A stretch of 64,000 nt of DNA from Ostrea edulis (taxonomy: Eukaryota): positions 14,136,001 to 14,200,000 of the forward strand of contig NC_079170.1 in assembly GCF_947568905.1 (NCBI RefSeq), given 5' to 3'. Made by a program: the position numbers and the translations under genes. Below are positions 37,281 through 50,471 of this stretch, one piece after another. Every line of letters starts with the position of its first letter. Positions within the stretch are counted from its first letter, which is position 1. The notes beneath the pieces are model-generated. The model was not told the origin of the DNA. It did not search any database and saw only the letters and a list, made by a program, of their open reading frames with translations.

Positions 37281-37311
<31 letters not shown>
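37281..37311. repeat. (AAT)n microsatellite
   Basis: Direct reading. Confidence 0.95.
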
Positions 37312-38162
37312 TTATCTAAACAAGAAAGCTCGATTGGCACAGGACTTGAGATATTAGCGTAAACATGCGTGATGGCCAATAACAGAGATATGACCACCAC
37401 CCCCCACCCCCCCCCCCCCGCCCGCACTCGGGCCCTGGAAAGGGTATTACATGTATAACATATTCTGAATAGGTCGGAAGGGAGAGTTGTATCCTATCGT
37501 TTTTCTGCAATTAACAAAGGCTCGGTTTTATTCCGTCCAATTTTATACGTAGATGAGTTTCGTGAAAGCATTCTCCAGACTTACACATCCTTTAAAATTA
37601 AACCGATTTTGCCTAGTTGGAAAACCCACACAATCCATGCGTCAAAAGGAAGAGAAAGCTCATTAGAAGGTACCAAAACAAAAGGAAGGAAGAAAGGTGG
37701 AAAATACACCCTATAAGCGAAAAAAGATAAATACTTATTGTTGGAGTGACCCCTGCACCATGGCCTTTGGACCATAAAGGACCGATCCCGATGCTCATTT
37801 TGTAGGATATCAAAAATAATTTTCATTGATGCATAACATGTATTCCATCTATGGTTCATGTTTTGAAAGGATTGTTTTCGTACCATCCCCTTCAGCTGAA
37901 ATGTCCGGTTGTTGAAAGGATATGCTGATTAGATATATATCCCAGTAAATAAAAGACACCATAGAATCATCCATACTGACCAAAGATTTCATTAGCAAAT
38001 TAACTAGACACCTTAATGATAAACGGGATGACTTCCGCTTCTCCACTTACAACTCTTCGTCGTTGTATGGTATTCTTTACAAATATGACTTCACGCTGTA
38101 TTTCATTTTTTTCTGTAAGTTGTTTTACTATTCCCATATAATAGATAATTACTGGATGTACC

Positions 38163-40051
38163 TTACAGTACCGACCATTCACTGTCTTGTTCATATTCAA
38201 CACACATATTGTGTACAGGATGAATTATTCTTGGTTTATCGTCCACTGCAGATGGACATCTTCCTTGGAATACCACTCTCTCATCCTGAGAGACGACGAA
38301 ATACGGTGACCTTTCTCGACCTTTCCAGGGGTTGGCCTTAACCCCTGGAAAGGTCGAAAGGTCTGGTGATCCTTTACAGCTCGGGGAAGCGGACGTGACA
38401 TGGAATACAGTGAGCAGATTTACAGTGGTTGTCTTCATAGTCACCTGTAATAAAAACAACGTTTTATCTAGCTGAATTTCATGTATATTCTGATAGATTC
38501 AAGTCAGGTTGCGTTGCCCTCCGGGAATATGATTTTTCTTGGTTGAATAGATATCCATACCTCCCTCACTAGCATGCAATGAAACGTTTATTATATCGAA
38601 ACAAAGCAAGACTACAAAAGTGCATTTGAAATTGGAGTCACGGCATGTAGCTGAGATCGCCCTAACGGTAACACCGCGCCGTTAACGCATTACGGTAGAA
38701 GGTACAAACAACGAAACACACTGATAATCAGATATGATAACCAGTTTTTGTATTTCCATTCTCCTTGAATGTTGATTCACATGCTTGTTTTTGTATCAAC
38801 CAAAACCAGGCGATTTAACTGTATATCAGAGACCCGCATATTTCATACCTTATGAACTATGAAAGTACAATGAGTCAGAGTTATTGTGACGTCACAATAA
38901 ACTGTGTCTACCTTGCCGTAAAATATATGAAAAATGCACAAGGTTGCCCTAAAGGTAAATATTTATAGGTTATAGACTTTGTATGGGAAAATATGACTAC
39001 CGAGTTTTTTGGCGTTACACGGACCGAGCTTGGGAAGTCCGTCCGCGACACAAGAACGAGGTTGTCATATTTTCCCATACAAAGTTTATAACCTTCTTAT
39101 TATATACTTTCAATTTCATTTAGAAACTAACACTGATTTAGTTTTAACAATTTCTTTATTGGTTTAACTGAGTAAAAGATGAAAAACACGAAAAAAAATG
39201 AAAATTAACGACGTAGTAATTTGCTTGGTATTGATTGTGACGTATTGTTTGCGGGCCGGAATGTTTCCGGGCATATATCGTGTGATATATGCCCGCGAAC
39301 TTTTAAAGAAAACAGAACAGATGAAATTGAAAGTATATAATAAGGTGGGGATATATGACGTTTGAGAGGGAGATATGAAGTGTTGTCATCCCTAGTACGC
39401 GACTGTCTAGACCAATCAGAGTACGTGTTGCATAGAATTATCATACTGAGGTATAATGATATAACTTACAAGCAATATTTGGTTCATATCGAGTTCCACT
39501 CTGCACCATGCTGAAATGATCACATCTCTGGGATTCGACATCAAACAATAGTGGAAAGGGACATTCTTTGACTTGGTTGATCAGAAGATATCTCATCACC
39601 ACAGTCGTACTATTTTGCACAGTTTCCTGTATATTCTAACTTCTTGTCGGGTGTCAATTTACACATTCCTTCGGCAGGTTTGAGCATATTTACGCTACTC
39701 AAATTACCACAATTATTGAAAGCGCGATTCAGCCATTATATCAAATTACACCTTTCTAAATGGAATAGTCATTGAAATTAGTATACAATCTATATATGTA
39801 CATGTTATAAGTTGAATAAACAATGTAATTTCTTTAATTACATAGATCATTTTGTGAACCTTTGGGAACACACGGTCGGGTAGCTGTGTTTACTATTTGG
39901 TCATCCGGGCACTTGGAGGATAATTCTTTGTCATCTTTAAGAATGTAAAACTTGGAACAGTCTTCTGTGTTCACCCGGTTTTATATAACACAGAGGATTC
40001 TGCGATCTAGTATAACGTAGAACAAATGCTGGGTATAAATACGACTTTCAT
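38163..40051 (-). pseudogene. Pseudogene of the tandem chitin-binding family; exon remnants 40051-39842, about 39695-39470, 38444-38163
   Basis: Exon 1 has a TAG and a deletion; exon 2 has CAK* and a 1-nt deletion; exon 3 has a +1 frameshift (ttccccgag ctg taa), a 21-nt net insertion and a Cys-to-Ser change. Confidence 0.85.
38967..39455. mobile_element. Hairpin-terminated non-coding element (31-bp arms 38967-39094; gaccaatcaga near 39410) in pseudogene intron 2
   Basis: aggttatagactttgtatgggaaaatatgac / gtcatattttcccatacaaagtttataacct; an adjacent segment cttattatatactttc is inverted at aaagtatataataag (about 39330). Confidence 0.65.
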
Positions 40052-43024
40052 ACTTCTTCTGAAATTAAAGAAAGTTGAGAGTAAGGTGCGAAGTAAGTTG
40101 GTTTGTACCGTATATTTAGCTTAGATTGTGTCTGTATTTATAAAGTATTCCATCCTACGTCTAAAGTCGGTTTACATAGTAGGTGTTTTATCAGCAAACT
40201 TTTGACCAGTTTAGAGAGCGTGTCGGAAGAGAACTTTCTAGGACATGGTGAAACGCTCGAGTAACTTTCTCCGTCTCATACTTTCAGTCATGACCTCTTA
40301 ATGTTCAGGACGGTGCCGGGTGACAAATGCCTTGATTATCATGTTGGGAATTTGGGCGTTTTCTTATTATCGTCATGTTGATAGCGTTCCATTTACAGAC
40401 TTTATATGTTTCAATAACTATGGAGGTAGATATATAGAGAGTGAATAGATCCCTTCACTAATTATTTACTTTGCATTTTGTTTCTGTTTCACCCCTTCTG
40501 TTCTAAATATATTTCGCAATTACTAGAATACTTTACCATTGGAAGTATGTCAAACACGATCAGCAGGGTTATGGACATAGCGGTATTGTCATAGAATTCA
40601 AAACAGCCAGCTTCATGATTTTGATGTTTTATTTTGTTTACTTACTTGAATGTGATTAGTTAATGTTGTGGGGGAATAACAAGGCAGTTCCGTACATGTA
40701 ACTGACCTCAATGTTCACTCGTTAATTAATGAGTAATACATGTAGCATGTGTTTCAGGGCTAGTATGGAGAAAACTTTCTCGGGGATCTATATATGTTTT
40801 GTTTTTTTATATTTAGTGAATCTATCGCATATCACCATTTTGATTTGAAGACCCCATATTGGAGATAACGAAGAAAACTTTCTGCATATAACCACATATT
40901 TGACTAGTGAAAGATAAGTGATTTCTGCTATGAATTTGATAAAGAGAATGGGTCAATTGTAGGATTTTTTATACTTTATACTGTGGTTTATCCAGCAGTC
41001 CATGTTTGCCCAAATCTCCCATTGCTTATAAAAGTTATGAGATTGATCATTGTTCGTTATCTTCACCTTCCTTTCACTGTATATGAAAACAAGTAAAGAT
41101 CAATTATTTCAATAACTACATATTATCCCATGAAAAAATTAGGAAAAATAGAATTTATATCAAATTAATGTGTCTAAAAATCAAATTGTGAGGATTTTAA
41201 AATTCATAACAATCTGGCCTTGAAAAATAGGGGGAAAATGAAATCAGTAGATTTGAGCCACTACTTTTAAATGAATGTTTTAATAAGAATCAATGAATAC
41301 TTCAAATGTTAAATCATAGTAATAATTTTAACGTCATAATCATGAATAATTGCTTAACAATATGCTACGCGGTTACTATAAGGCAGATTATGCAAATCTT
41401 TACTCGGTTAAAATCCGCGGAATAACATGACGTCATAATTGAAATAAGTATATCACTAAGTATATATCAAATCCCGATGTTATTTTTATGTAAGTTTTAT
41501 TTATGCATGAAATAAACCATACAACTACTAAGGTCCAAAGAAATATGGAATGTTATGCAGCTGTCGTGTAATCTGTGTCTGATCAATATGAAAGTAAACT
41601 GATGACGTTGTAACTATACATCGAGTGACGTTGACACATGTGAAGAATTCATTAAAGTGTACCGTGTAAATATCAACAAAATGTGGAGTATTTGAAATAT
41701 ATGACATGGGATAAATGGTATATATATGTGAAACGCGGAGAAGTTATTGATATTATGACTTCAGGTATGATGATTTCATTCATTTGACAACTTTGTTTAA
41801 CGGAGAAAACATTCCATTTAGCATGTCGATTCGATTTTCCTCTGCCATACATTGAAATAAGACTGCAAAAGTAGCACACTATTCCGCATACTTTTATAGA
41901 CTTTTTATACACAGTGTGAAAGGTCATAAACTAATGCACATGGTAATTACTGATAGAATTGTCTGTTAAGAAAACTTTTAAAGAAAACTGAATAACATCA
42001 GTGCAAAATGTAAAACATGGACTAGATGGTTTCGTGCTTAAATGTTTAATAATTATTTCTTACTGAAAGTGGTAGGATTCTATCAGTAATTTTGATATAC
42101 TATGGGTGTCTTACCGTCATTATCGCCAGTTAGACCAATAGTTAAATCCTGGGGCAATGTGCTACTTTTCCATTTTCTATTAAGGTACGTTCATGATCTA
42201 TTTATAACAGTCATGCAATGACGTCATACGAAAGTTTGTCATGTTGTTGTGATACAAACTGTTCTAAAGTTAGTAACTCCCCCTCTCTCTCTCTCTGTGT
42301 GTGTGTGTGTGGGACAAAATTTAAAAATAATGCAGTTTACGTACATAAATTGAGCATAACCTGCCTTAACATACCCGCATAGTTTTTCTATACATAGATT
42401 TAAGAATTATATCTCTTCGTCATCGTGACATCGGTAATTTAGATATACTATTACATATGCCATTTTACATACTATACTTCAAAACTGCACAGTTGTTCTA
42501 ATGCGAACAATCTTGGATATCTAAAATGGCACTGGTATATTCTTTATTGCCTGAATGTCTTGCAATAAAAACATGAAAATGCACGCTTCTTATTTTATAT
42601 TCATTAGACAAGAAAATGCAATGCTACACAGCCATACGGTCCGTTTTCTAAGGCTTTTAGTTTTAAAGAGCAAAATTGACAACCGCCGAGCCAGCTCCTT
42701 AGATTTGTGATCAGTACAAAGCCCTAGAAGGAATTTGTAATATGCCAGAAACATTCACCCATGATAAAGTAGGCCCTGGTTCCTCCTTGCCCAGAGCCCA
42801 GTTTCAGCCGAATTTTCCCGTTGTTCTAGCCATTACGTCGCTATTGATCTTGTTATCAATTCCAATGAAAGCCTCTGATGGTATTATTTTTGAAAAAATA
42901 CATATTCATCACATTCAATATACTCCCAACCTAATTGAATGCATAATCATAATGAATAATGAGAAAGAGAGCATAATGTTTATAGTGAAGAAAACACTTT
43001 CATTTATACACGTTTTATATATGC

Positions 43025-43145
43025 ATGTAAAACTTATACGGTACCAATTTCATGCACCAGATGCGCATTTCGATCAATAATGTCTCTTCAGTGATGCTCA
43101 ACCGAAATGTTTGAAATCCGAAATAACAATGAAGTTTTAGAGTTA
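43025..43145 (-). repeat. Retrozyme-family fragment, minus strand; hammerhead with weakened stem II
   Basis: Minus strand: gagcatca-CTGAAGA-gacattattgatc-GAAA-tgcgcatc-tggtgc; stem II gac/atc is mismatched. Confidence 0.8.
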
Positions 43146-43329
43146 CTTAAGGGAAAACATTGCATATAACAGTGCATATAACTATGTTACAATTATTCTA
43201 AATTTGCTCATATTGATTGTCCATAAATGTAACGTAATCAACATGTCGGTACGTGAAGAACACCTAAAATCCGATGACGATAATGAAGAAATGTGCTACC
43301 CGGGATCGCCCTAAACATAAACATTGCAT

Positions 43330-43492
43330 GACTGAAAGTATGAAAGGAAGAAATTTACTCAAGCGTTTCATCATCTACTACAAGATTCACCTCCGCCGCC
43401 CTGTCTGAAATGGCCAACTGCATGTTTGCAAACCTCACACCTACAATGTAAACAGCGTTTAAACATGGATGGAATGTCTTATTTAAATGTAA
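43330..43492 (+). promoter_or_regulatory. Inverted homolog of the conserved upstream block of the chitin-binding genes
   Basis: Reverse complement aligns with 48958-49110 (attccatcc...gtttacattgtag.tgtg.ggtt.gcaaac...gtgaatctt...gatgaaa.gct.gagtaa). Confidence 0.65.
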
Positions 43493-43925
43493 CGACGGAG
43501 CCTTGCCTTGATAACTCGTAATGAACAATTTTAGTTTACTTATTAAAGCAATACTAGCTTTCATTTTGGGGTCGAAAATTTTAGATGCAAAAGTGGGATT
43601 TACATTTTCAGTGAATGAAAAAACCTCGTTTGTTATCAATATATGTGCTAGAAAACCTATCCAGAGTCTCAGAATGAAGTAAAATTCTATTATTGTCATC
43701 CCATACAAATATCAGTTTCTATATAATGTTATGTATTCAATAGAATGGAAATCTTTATTTTGATAAAATATTAAACATAGTTTCAATCTCATCAAAGACT
43801 ATGATTAAAAGTGCATACAAAACACTATTACAATATCTCACTTTTGCAACAACAAAAAAGTAATCGAATTTAGAGTTAATGTCACTTGAAGTTGCATACT
43901 TCATTTCTCTGATTTTATAAGAATC

Positions 43926-44147
43926 ATGAAAGTCGTTGTAATGTCCGGCATTCATGCTACAATATACTGTATCGCAGAATTCCCTGTGTTATGTAAACCA
44001 GACACCGATTTTAGAGTGCACCCAGAAGATCGTACAAGTTTCACCTACTTAAGGATGGGAAAGAATTGTCCTTCAAGTTCCCAGATGATCATGTAGTGAA
44101 CACAGCTAACAGATTCTGTGTTCGCAAAGATACACAAAATGATCTAT
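43926..44147 (+). pseudogene. Solo, frameshifted exon 1 of the chitin-binding family, inverted relative to the array
   Basis: MKVVV..KPDTDFRVHPED.. (frameshift) LKDGKELSFKFPDDHVVNTANRFCVRK..NDL t|gtaagt; no exon 2 or 3 seen downstream. Confidence 0.8.
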
Positions 44148-45261
44148 GTAAGTAAAGAAATACCATATATATTCACCATACCGTATCGCGGGTCTTTCTG
44201 TAATGTGATAAGTTTGGCATATTTCAGGGGTTTGCTAACTTGCCGCCAATTTTAATAGCTTAATTTAAAGAATCGCACCTAGGATTGGGAGCAATACCAA
44301 TTTTTTGGAAGTGTATTTTTCATTTCTATATTGAAGGAGAATTAAAACATTAAAAATAAAAACTGGTGTCGCAATGCTACAAGGTTCTAAACGTGACCTT
44401 TTACCACTTAAGATTGACTCAAGATTTACTTGATATGTCTGTTGGTGTAAACACAACACAAGCAACAAAAATAAATCATTACATGATAAAAATACATACA
44501 TTTAATCATGTCGTCTAGCCATACGGATAAAACATAATTCTAGTAATAGAAATAGATAATGAACCTTTTGCACTTGAGATACGAAAATGATTCATGGTAT
44601 CAAATTTGAGAGTTTACAAGGACATATAAGGAGTAATATCCATTTCTAATATTTCAGTTAATTTTCAAGATTTTGTCTTAAAATTTAAAATCGTACCAAA
44701 AACATGGAGATTAGAGACCAGACTTGTAAATTATTGACTTTTTATACAAAATTTCGAGTGAATTAAAATACGCCTTTTGATAATCGATGTTCTGTTTGGG
44801 AAAATATAGCAACCAAATTAATAAATTACAACAGTTGGACTAGTTCAAAGTCTCAACTACTTCTATTATAAATTACAAATCTGAAATACACGTGTAGGAG
44901 TATAAACAGAGAAGATATATTGGATGAATAGAAACTGTAATACAATGAACATTTAGAACTCTTTGATGAATCAATCCTTTCGCCACAAAATATAGTCCCT
45001 GCCAAACCCATTCAAAATTTGAATGGACATAAATGTTGTTCTCATCAAGCTCAGAAGCTAATTTCCTTAAACCCAAATTTGTCTGCAATCATAATAGGTA
45101 TATTCACCAGAAAGATATATTTGTATAAAAGCTGTTTTGTGTCAAAGGTGCATGCATCGCTATCTAGTTTTGGGAGGTAAAAACCTACCTGTTTTTTATG
45201 TCAGTTGTTTGAGACTTTTACAGAAAAGTAACCACAATAATTCTACTCCATTTATCTGATT

Positions 45262-45427
45262 AAGATATAGGGCTCACGGCGGTCGACAGGGGGTATTGAT
45301 GCTTACTTCCTCCTAGGCACTTGATCCCACCCCTGGTATATCCGTGGACAGTGTCTGTCCAACTCTCTATTTCGTATTGCTTATAGGAGTTGTGAGATTG
45401 ATCACTGTTCGTTATCTTCACATTTCA
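45262..45427 (+). mobile_element. Naiad-type PLE 3' terminal fragment
   Basis: aagatatagggctcacggcg...tgttcgttatcttcac. Confidence 0.8.
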
Positions 45428-46231
45428 CAAAACAATGAGCGGATCGAGGATTGGGGAGGAAGAAATTTAAATTGTACAACATGTTGTGATGGTTGACATT
45501 TAATATATGAGCAAATGTGTATGAATGTTGAATATATGTTATGTATGGTGAACAAGTACCCTATTGCGATGCACTTCATGAATTGTTATGCTTTAATTTA
45601 TACATAGTGTATTCTATTATACTCATATTCTCGGGATCAATGTCATAACATCATTTTTGTACGTGCTTACGTCACAATATGCCACAGCTCGGGGTAACCC
45701 TTCCGTCTATTTCATGTTACATGTAGAATGCTGTGTACGAGAAAAGAGAGAGGGGGACATTGTTGCCGAGAGTGTAAAGTTAGTAGAAATTGAAGAGGTT
45801 GAAATATTCACTGTGTCCAGATTGAGAGTGATAGACAGTCGCATAATCTAGACTATAGTCAATATGTATTTGCCGGTAAACATTGTTTTTATGAATGTAT
45901 GACAACAATAAAACAAGAAAAGATTAAACCTGTCTGTTGTTCTTATATTAGCATCTGTCCAAACAACGGACAGACATGCCCGTTGCAATATGTTATTTAT
46001 TTCACTTGACGAAGTCAAACAATTTGCCTCATTTACTTTAGATGTATACTATGGATTACGATGGGAATATGATTCTTAATGTTGCAGTGCATTGTAAAAA
46101 GCTAAGTATGTTACGTATAATTGATAAGAAATGTACATATACACAAAGGTTTCATGGTCTTTTATAATCTGAAATTCTAATTGAGGTATATAATCCTGAC
46201 CACCTCAATTTTATTATTTTATGAAAAATAC

Positions 46232-46950
46232 TGTCTGACGTGTTTCATACCGATTGTTAGACCGTTCTTGACACATTGATTTTGACTACGGATAACCCCA
46301 TTTACGTGATCGTGATATAGGGCTTTAGGTGGATGTGACCGGTCGACAGGGGATTGTTACTCTTCCTAGGCATCTAATCCCACCTATGGTGTGTCCAGGC
46401 GTCAGTGTGTGACCAGCACTTTATTTTGTATTGCTTATAAGAGCTTCTCCATCGTTAACTTCCCATATTTATGTAGCTATATACCGTTATCACCTGCATA
46501 TGGTTTTGATATATCCAAATTGATTTTATACCCAAGACAGTTTGTTCTACTTCTGGACAGTTTGTTTTTTAAATCCAAGCAGGCTACTGACAAACAAGAT
46601 GATGATGCAGGGGTTCCGACAGTCTCGTTTAAAGTTATAACGATCTAGTTTGCCAATGCAACCTAGCATTGGGTCAAATGCTCTCGTACCAATTGTTAGG
46701 CCGTTCTTGACACACTGATTTTGACTACGGATAACTCCGTTAACCTGATCGAGATATAGGGCTCACGGCGGGTGTGACCGGTCGACAGGGGATTATAAAT
46801 CATCCTAGGCACCTGATCCCAATTCTGGTATATCAAGGGGTCTGTATTTTCTAAACTCTCTATTTTGTATTGCTTGTAGAAGTTATGAGATTGCTTACTG
46901 TTCGTTATCTTCACCTTTCATGATTACTGTTCGTTATCGCTACTTTTCAT
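46232..46950 (+). mobile_element. Partial-tandem Naiad-type PLE pieces with a reiterated 3' end
   Basis: Terminal repeat, RT C-terminal piece (FSIVNFPYLCS), terminal repeat again, then a second tgttcgttatc copy at about 46928. Confidence 0.8.
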
Positions 46951-47460
46951 GATAAATAGTTCTCAATACATTCAGCACAAAACAAATCGAAAGAGTATAC
47001 GTGTGATGACGGTGACTCGTGATTTTGTCGAAAACTTTTGCACTAAACCCAGCAGTGCATGTTTTATCTAATTAGCATAACATGTTTAGAGTCAATAAAC
47101 AGTAACAATCGCATGCTGTATCTATAACTTAAACATACTTATATATTTTCAAGACCACATGGGTTATACTTTACTACTAAACATACTTACATAATGACTG
47201 TCAAAGGTATTACTTAGTCTTTTCGTTTAATTTAAAATAATCACCGAACTTGGCACTTAGAAAGTATTTACGACCTACCAAATACTCTTCGAGCGAGAGA
47301 GGCATTGTGTGTTCCTTTACTGGCAGAAATGTAATACAAATAGTGTATTATTTTATTTAAAATGTGTAAAAACAAATATGTATAACATATGAAATAAAAT
47401 AATAAATAAATAAAACAAATAAATACGGATATTGCATAAAATCATCAGTGGTTCAAAATA

Positions 47461-48854
47461 TTAGTCATCTTGATCATATTCAACACACATATTGTGCACA
47501 GGATGGAATATTCTTGGTTTGTCCTCCCCTGCAGATGGACATCTTCCTTGGAATGCTACTCTTTCATTCTGACAGACGACGAAATACGGTGACCTTTCTT
47601 GACCTCTCCAGGGGTTAAGGCCGTCTGGTGATCCTTTACAGCTCGGGAAGCGAACGTGACATGGAATACAGTGAGCAGATTTACAGTGGTTGTCTTCATA
47701 GTCACCTGTAATGAACAAAATGTTTCCTTTAAGAGTCTTTCATAATATTACATGATTTTCAATATAGGGTGAACAAATGCACCCGATACTGAAATCAACT
47801 AAAACACATGAGTTTCTAAAACGTTGATCATTACGACTAGACTTAATTTGTTTTATGACAATACTTCACAAGATGTTGATTGAAATGTATTGTAAAATTG
47901 TTTATATCAAACGATTTGTCTATCATCGTAATTCAGTGAATGAAGCATCGGTTACACATAAGTTACCCACATATCTCGAGTCCAAACCCACCATAGTCTT
48001 TTTATACATATCCATTGCAATAATATTTTTGAAATCACCTTTTCTATGTAAAATTGCATCGTCGCTGTCATTTGACACATACACTTAACAATTGCCACAC
48101 CTTTCATAATTGAATGACTCCATACTAATTTGATAAACTCATTCAAGATATAGTGGACCACCTCCATGTGACTCTTCATTTTCATGTTTTGTATCGTTAT
48201 TTTACGTAATAATTATTCATCTCAATTGAATTTCCTCATTACATAATATATATTGACTTTGTGACAATAAAAAACTTACAGGCATCTTTTGGTTCATATC
48301 GAGTTCCACATTGTACCATGCTGAAATGATCACATCTCTGGGATTTGACATCAAACAATAGTGGAAATGGACATTCCTTTAACTTCGGTCTTCCTTCGGA
48401 TATTTTGTTTTCACAATCGTAATATCTTGCACAGTTTCCAGCATATTCTAACTTTTTGTCAGATGGAAATGTGCAGTTTCCTTCAATAGATTGGGGTATT
48501 TTTACGCCTGTCAATATATATGAAATTCTATTTATATTAAACTACATAATTGTCCAAAAAAACAATGATAAGAACAAAGAGTCTTCAAAGCCAAACCTAA
48601 ATACATAAAGAACATGATTTATAGAACTTACAAGTGTCAAGAGGTGACCCTTTAGGAACACATAATCGGGCTACTGTATTTACCACGAAGTCATCCGGGC
48701 ACTTAAACGAAAATTCATTCCCCTCTTTCAGAATATAGAACGTGGAACAATCCTCTGGGTCCACCCTGAAATCTGTGTCTGTTTTATATAATACTTTGGA
48801 CTCTACAAAGCAACATAATGAAACACAAAGTGCAGATAGTAAGACGGCGTTCAT
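47461..48854 (-). CDS. Secreted three-domain peritrophin-A/CBM14 protein, tandem copy 1, 231 aa; exons 48854-48632, 48507-48280, 47705-47461
   Basis: Open frame across canonical phase-1 GT-AG junctions (223+228+245 nt); NCARYYDC..KECPFPLLFD..RC..VQCGTRYEPKDAC; PSCKGSPDGLNPW. Confidence 0.92.
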
Positions 48855-48942
48855 GGCTCTTGGTTCTTGGTTCTAAAAATAGCAGTCATAGGAGAAGCTA
48901 GCCTTAGTTGTAACGTTAAGTTATTTCGTACTACTCATTCAG

Positions 48943-49250
48943 CAAAGACTCTGTAACTGCATTTATAAGATATTCCATCCTACGATTCAAGTCAGTTTAC
49001 ATTGTAGATGTGTGGTTAGCAAACAGTTCGCCATTTTTAAACAAGGAGTGAATCAGAAGTGAATCTTCTAGAACATGATGAAATGCTAGAGTAACTTTCC
49101 CATTTTCATTCATCACATCAGAAATCGATATACTGAGGACGGGTAACACACGTCTTCATTACCATTTTTGGAATGCAAGGTGTATTACTTACATCAGCAC
49201 GTTGATATTCAAATGAAGATAACGTTTTCATTAATGAGAAACCCAATGGC
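48943..49250 (-). promoter_or_regulatory. Conserved upstream block with a TATA-like TATAAAT about 110 nt before the ATG
   Basis: catttataag (+) = cttataaatg (-); the block is conserved at about 40130, 43330 (inverted), 55480 and 61630. Confidence 0.6.
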
Positions 49251-50419
49251 AATTGATAAAGGCACACACTTAAAATTGTTAAAAGTTGAATGACACTTTC
49301 TACAAAAGTTTGTTTTCAAAAACGATGCAAATGTAGATTTTTTTATGAGTAACATTAATACATTTTAGCATACGGAATGTAATTTACTCCTAGGTTTTCT
49401 CAATTATTTCCAAATTAGTGGTTCGAATTTGAAAATACGATAGAGAGGGATATAATATATAATTTCTTAATATTGTTTTAGGAATTTTATATTTATCCAT
49501 CCAAATCAATCTAAACGGTATATAGAAAAACTAACAGCTATTTTGTGTACGTCTTCATGAATGATCTCGTATGATAATTTTGAAAATACTTTGGATATGA
49601 ATCAAATGGCGTACCATGATATCATCTCTATCTCTGACATAAGATTGCTCTCCATATATCTAAATTCAATAAAGTCATCCGACGTAAGATGACTTTCCAA
49701 TGACCATTGGTTTTTTTTATTATCTAACATCTTACATCAAAGTTATTTCTCTGTACACGCATATACAATATGTAATATAGCGTAGTACAATGATGGCTGC
49801 AGAAATGTAAAATAGAAAGTTAAGCAAATAAGGACCCTAGATATACCAGAAGTGGGTTAAGTTAAATTGCTCATTCGATTTCTGTAGTAACAATCGAAGC
49901 ATAACTAGGTACTGACGGTTTCAAGCTATGACTGTTAACATAAATATACGACAAAAATAGTCAGAATTGGCACAAAGTCTTTAAAAAAGGGTATCCAACT
50001 CAGAATTAAAGTGAATCTAAAACGGGACAATACGAATATATCTAGAAATTGATATCAGGAAACTGCGCTGAATGATTTTATGATTTGCAATTGCACACTT
50101 TTAATTGATTTCTCCAAGAATTGATTACTCAAAATTGTAAACGTGTTGCGCCAGTTGTGCAATTACTCATGTCTAAGGAAAGAGAAGTATATCGATAAAA
50201 CTAAGCTTGGCAAATAACTTGTCAAACTGCGATTTGTAAAATAAAAGTGATTCATAAACTGGTAATGATATGTATTAAGTTTATACGGATTCAAATCTTC
50301 TGACAGTGCAACAGGAAATGTAATATGGACAATCTAAAGGTAATATGGATATTTTACATACATTGGGTTGTAGGAGGAATACTTAAATATGTAGACCACA
50401 AATAATCATTGCGGTACAA

Positions 50420-50424
<5 letters not shown>

Positions 50425-50468
<44 letters not shown>
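50425..50468. repeat. (TA)n microsatellite
   Basis: Direct reading. Confidence 0.95.

Positions 50469-50471
<3 letters not shown>

Noticed and set aside
37395-37425. C-run/G-quadruplex candidate
   Set aside because: Simple homopolymer tract like others at 4347 and 25912; nothing ties it to a function.
43355-43708. 117-aa minus-strand ORF
   Set aside because: It overlaps the inverted promoter homolog of the chitin-binding genes; no recognisable domain; chance ORF.
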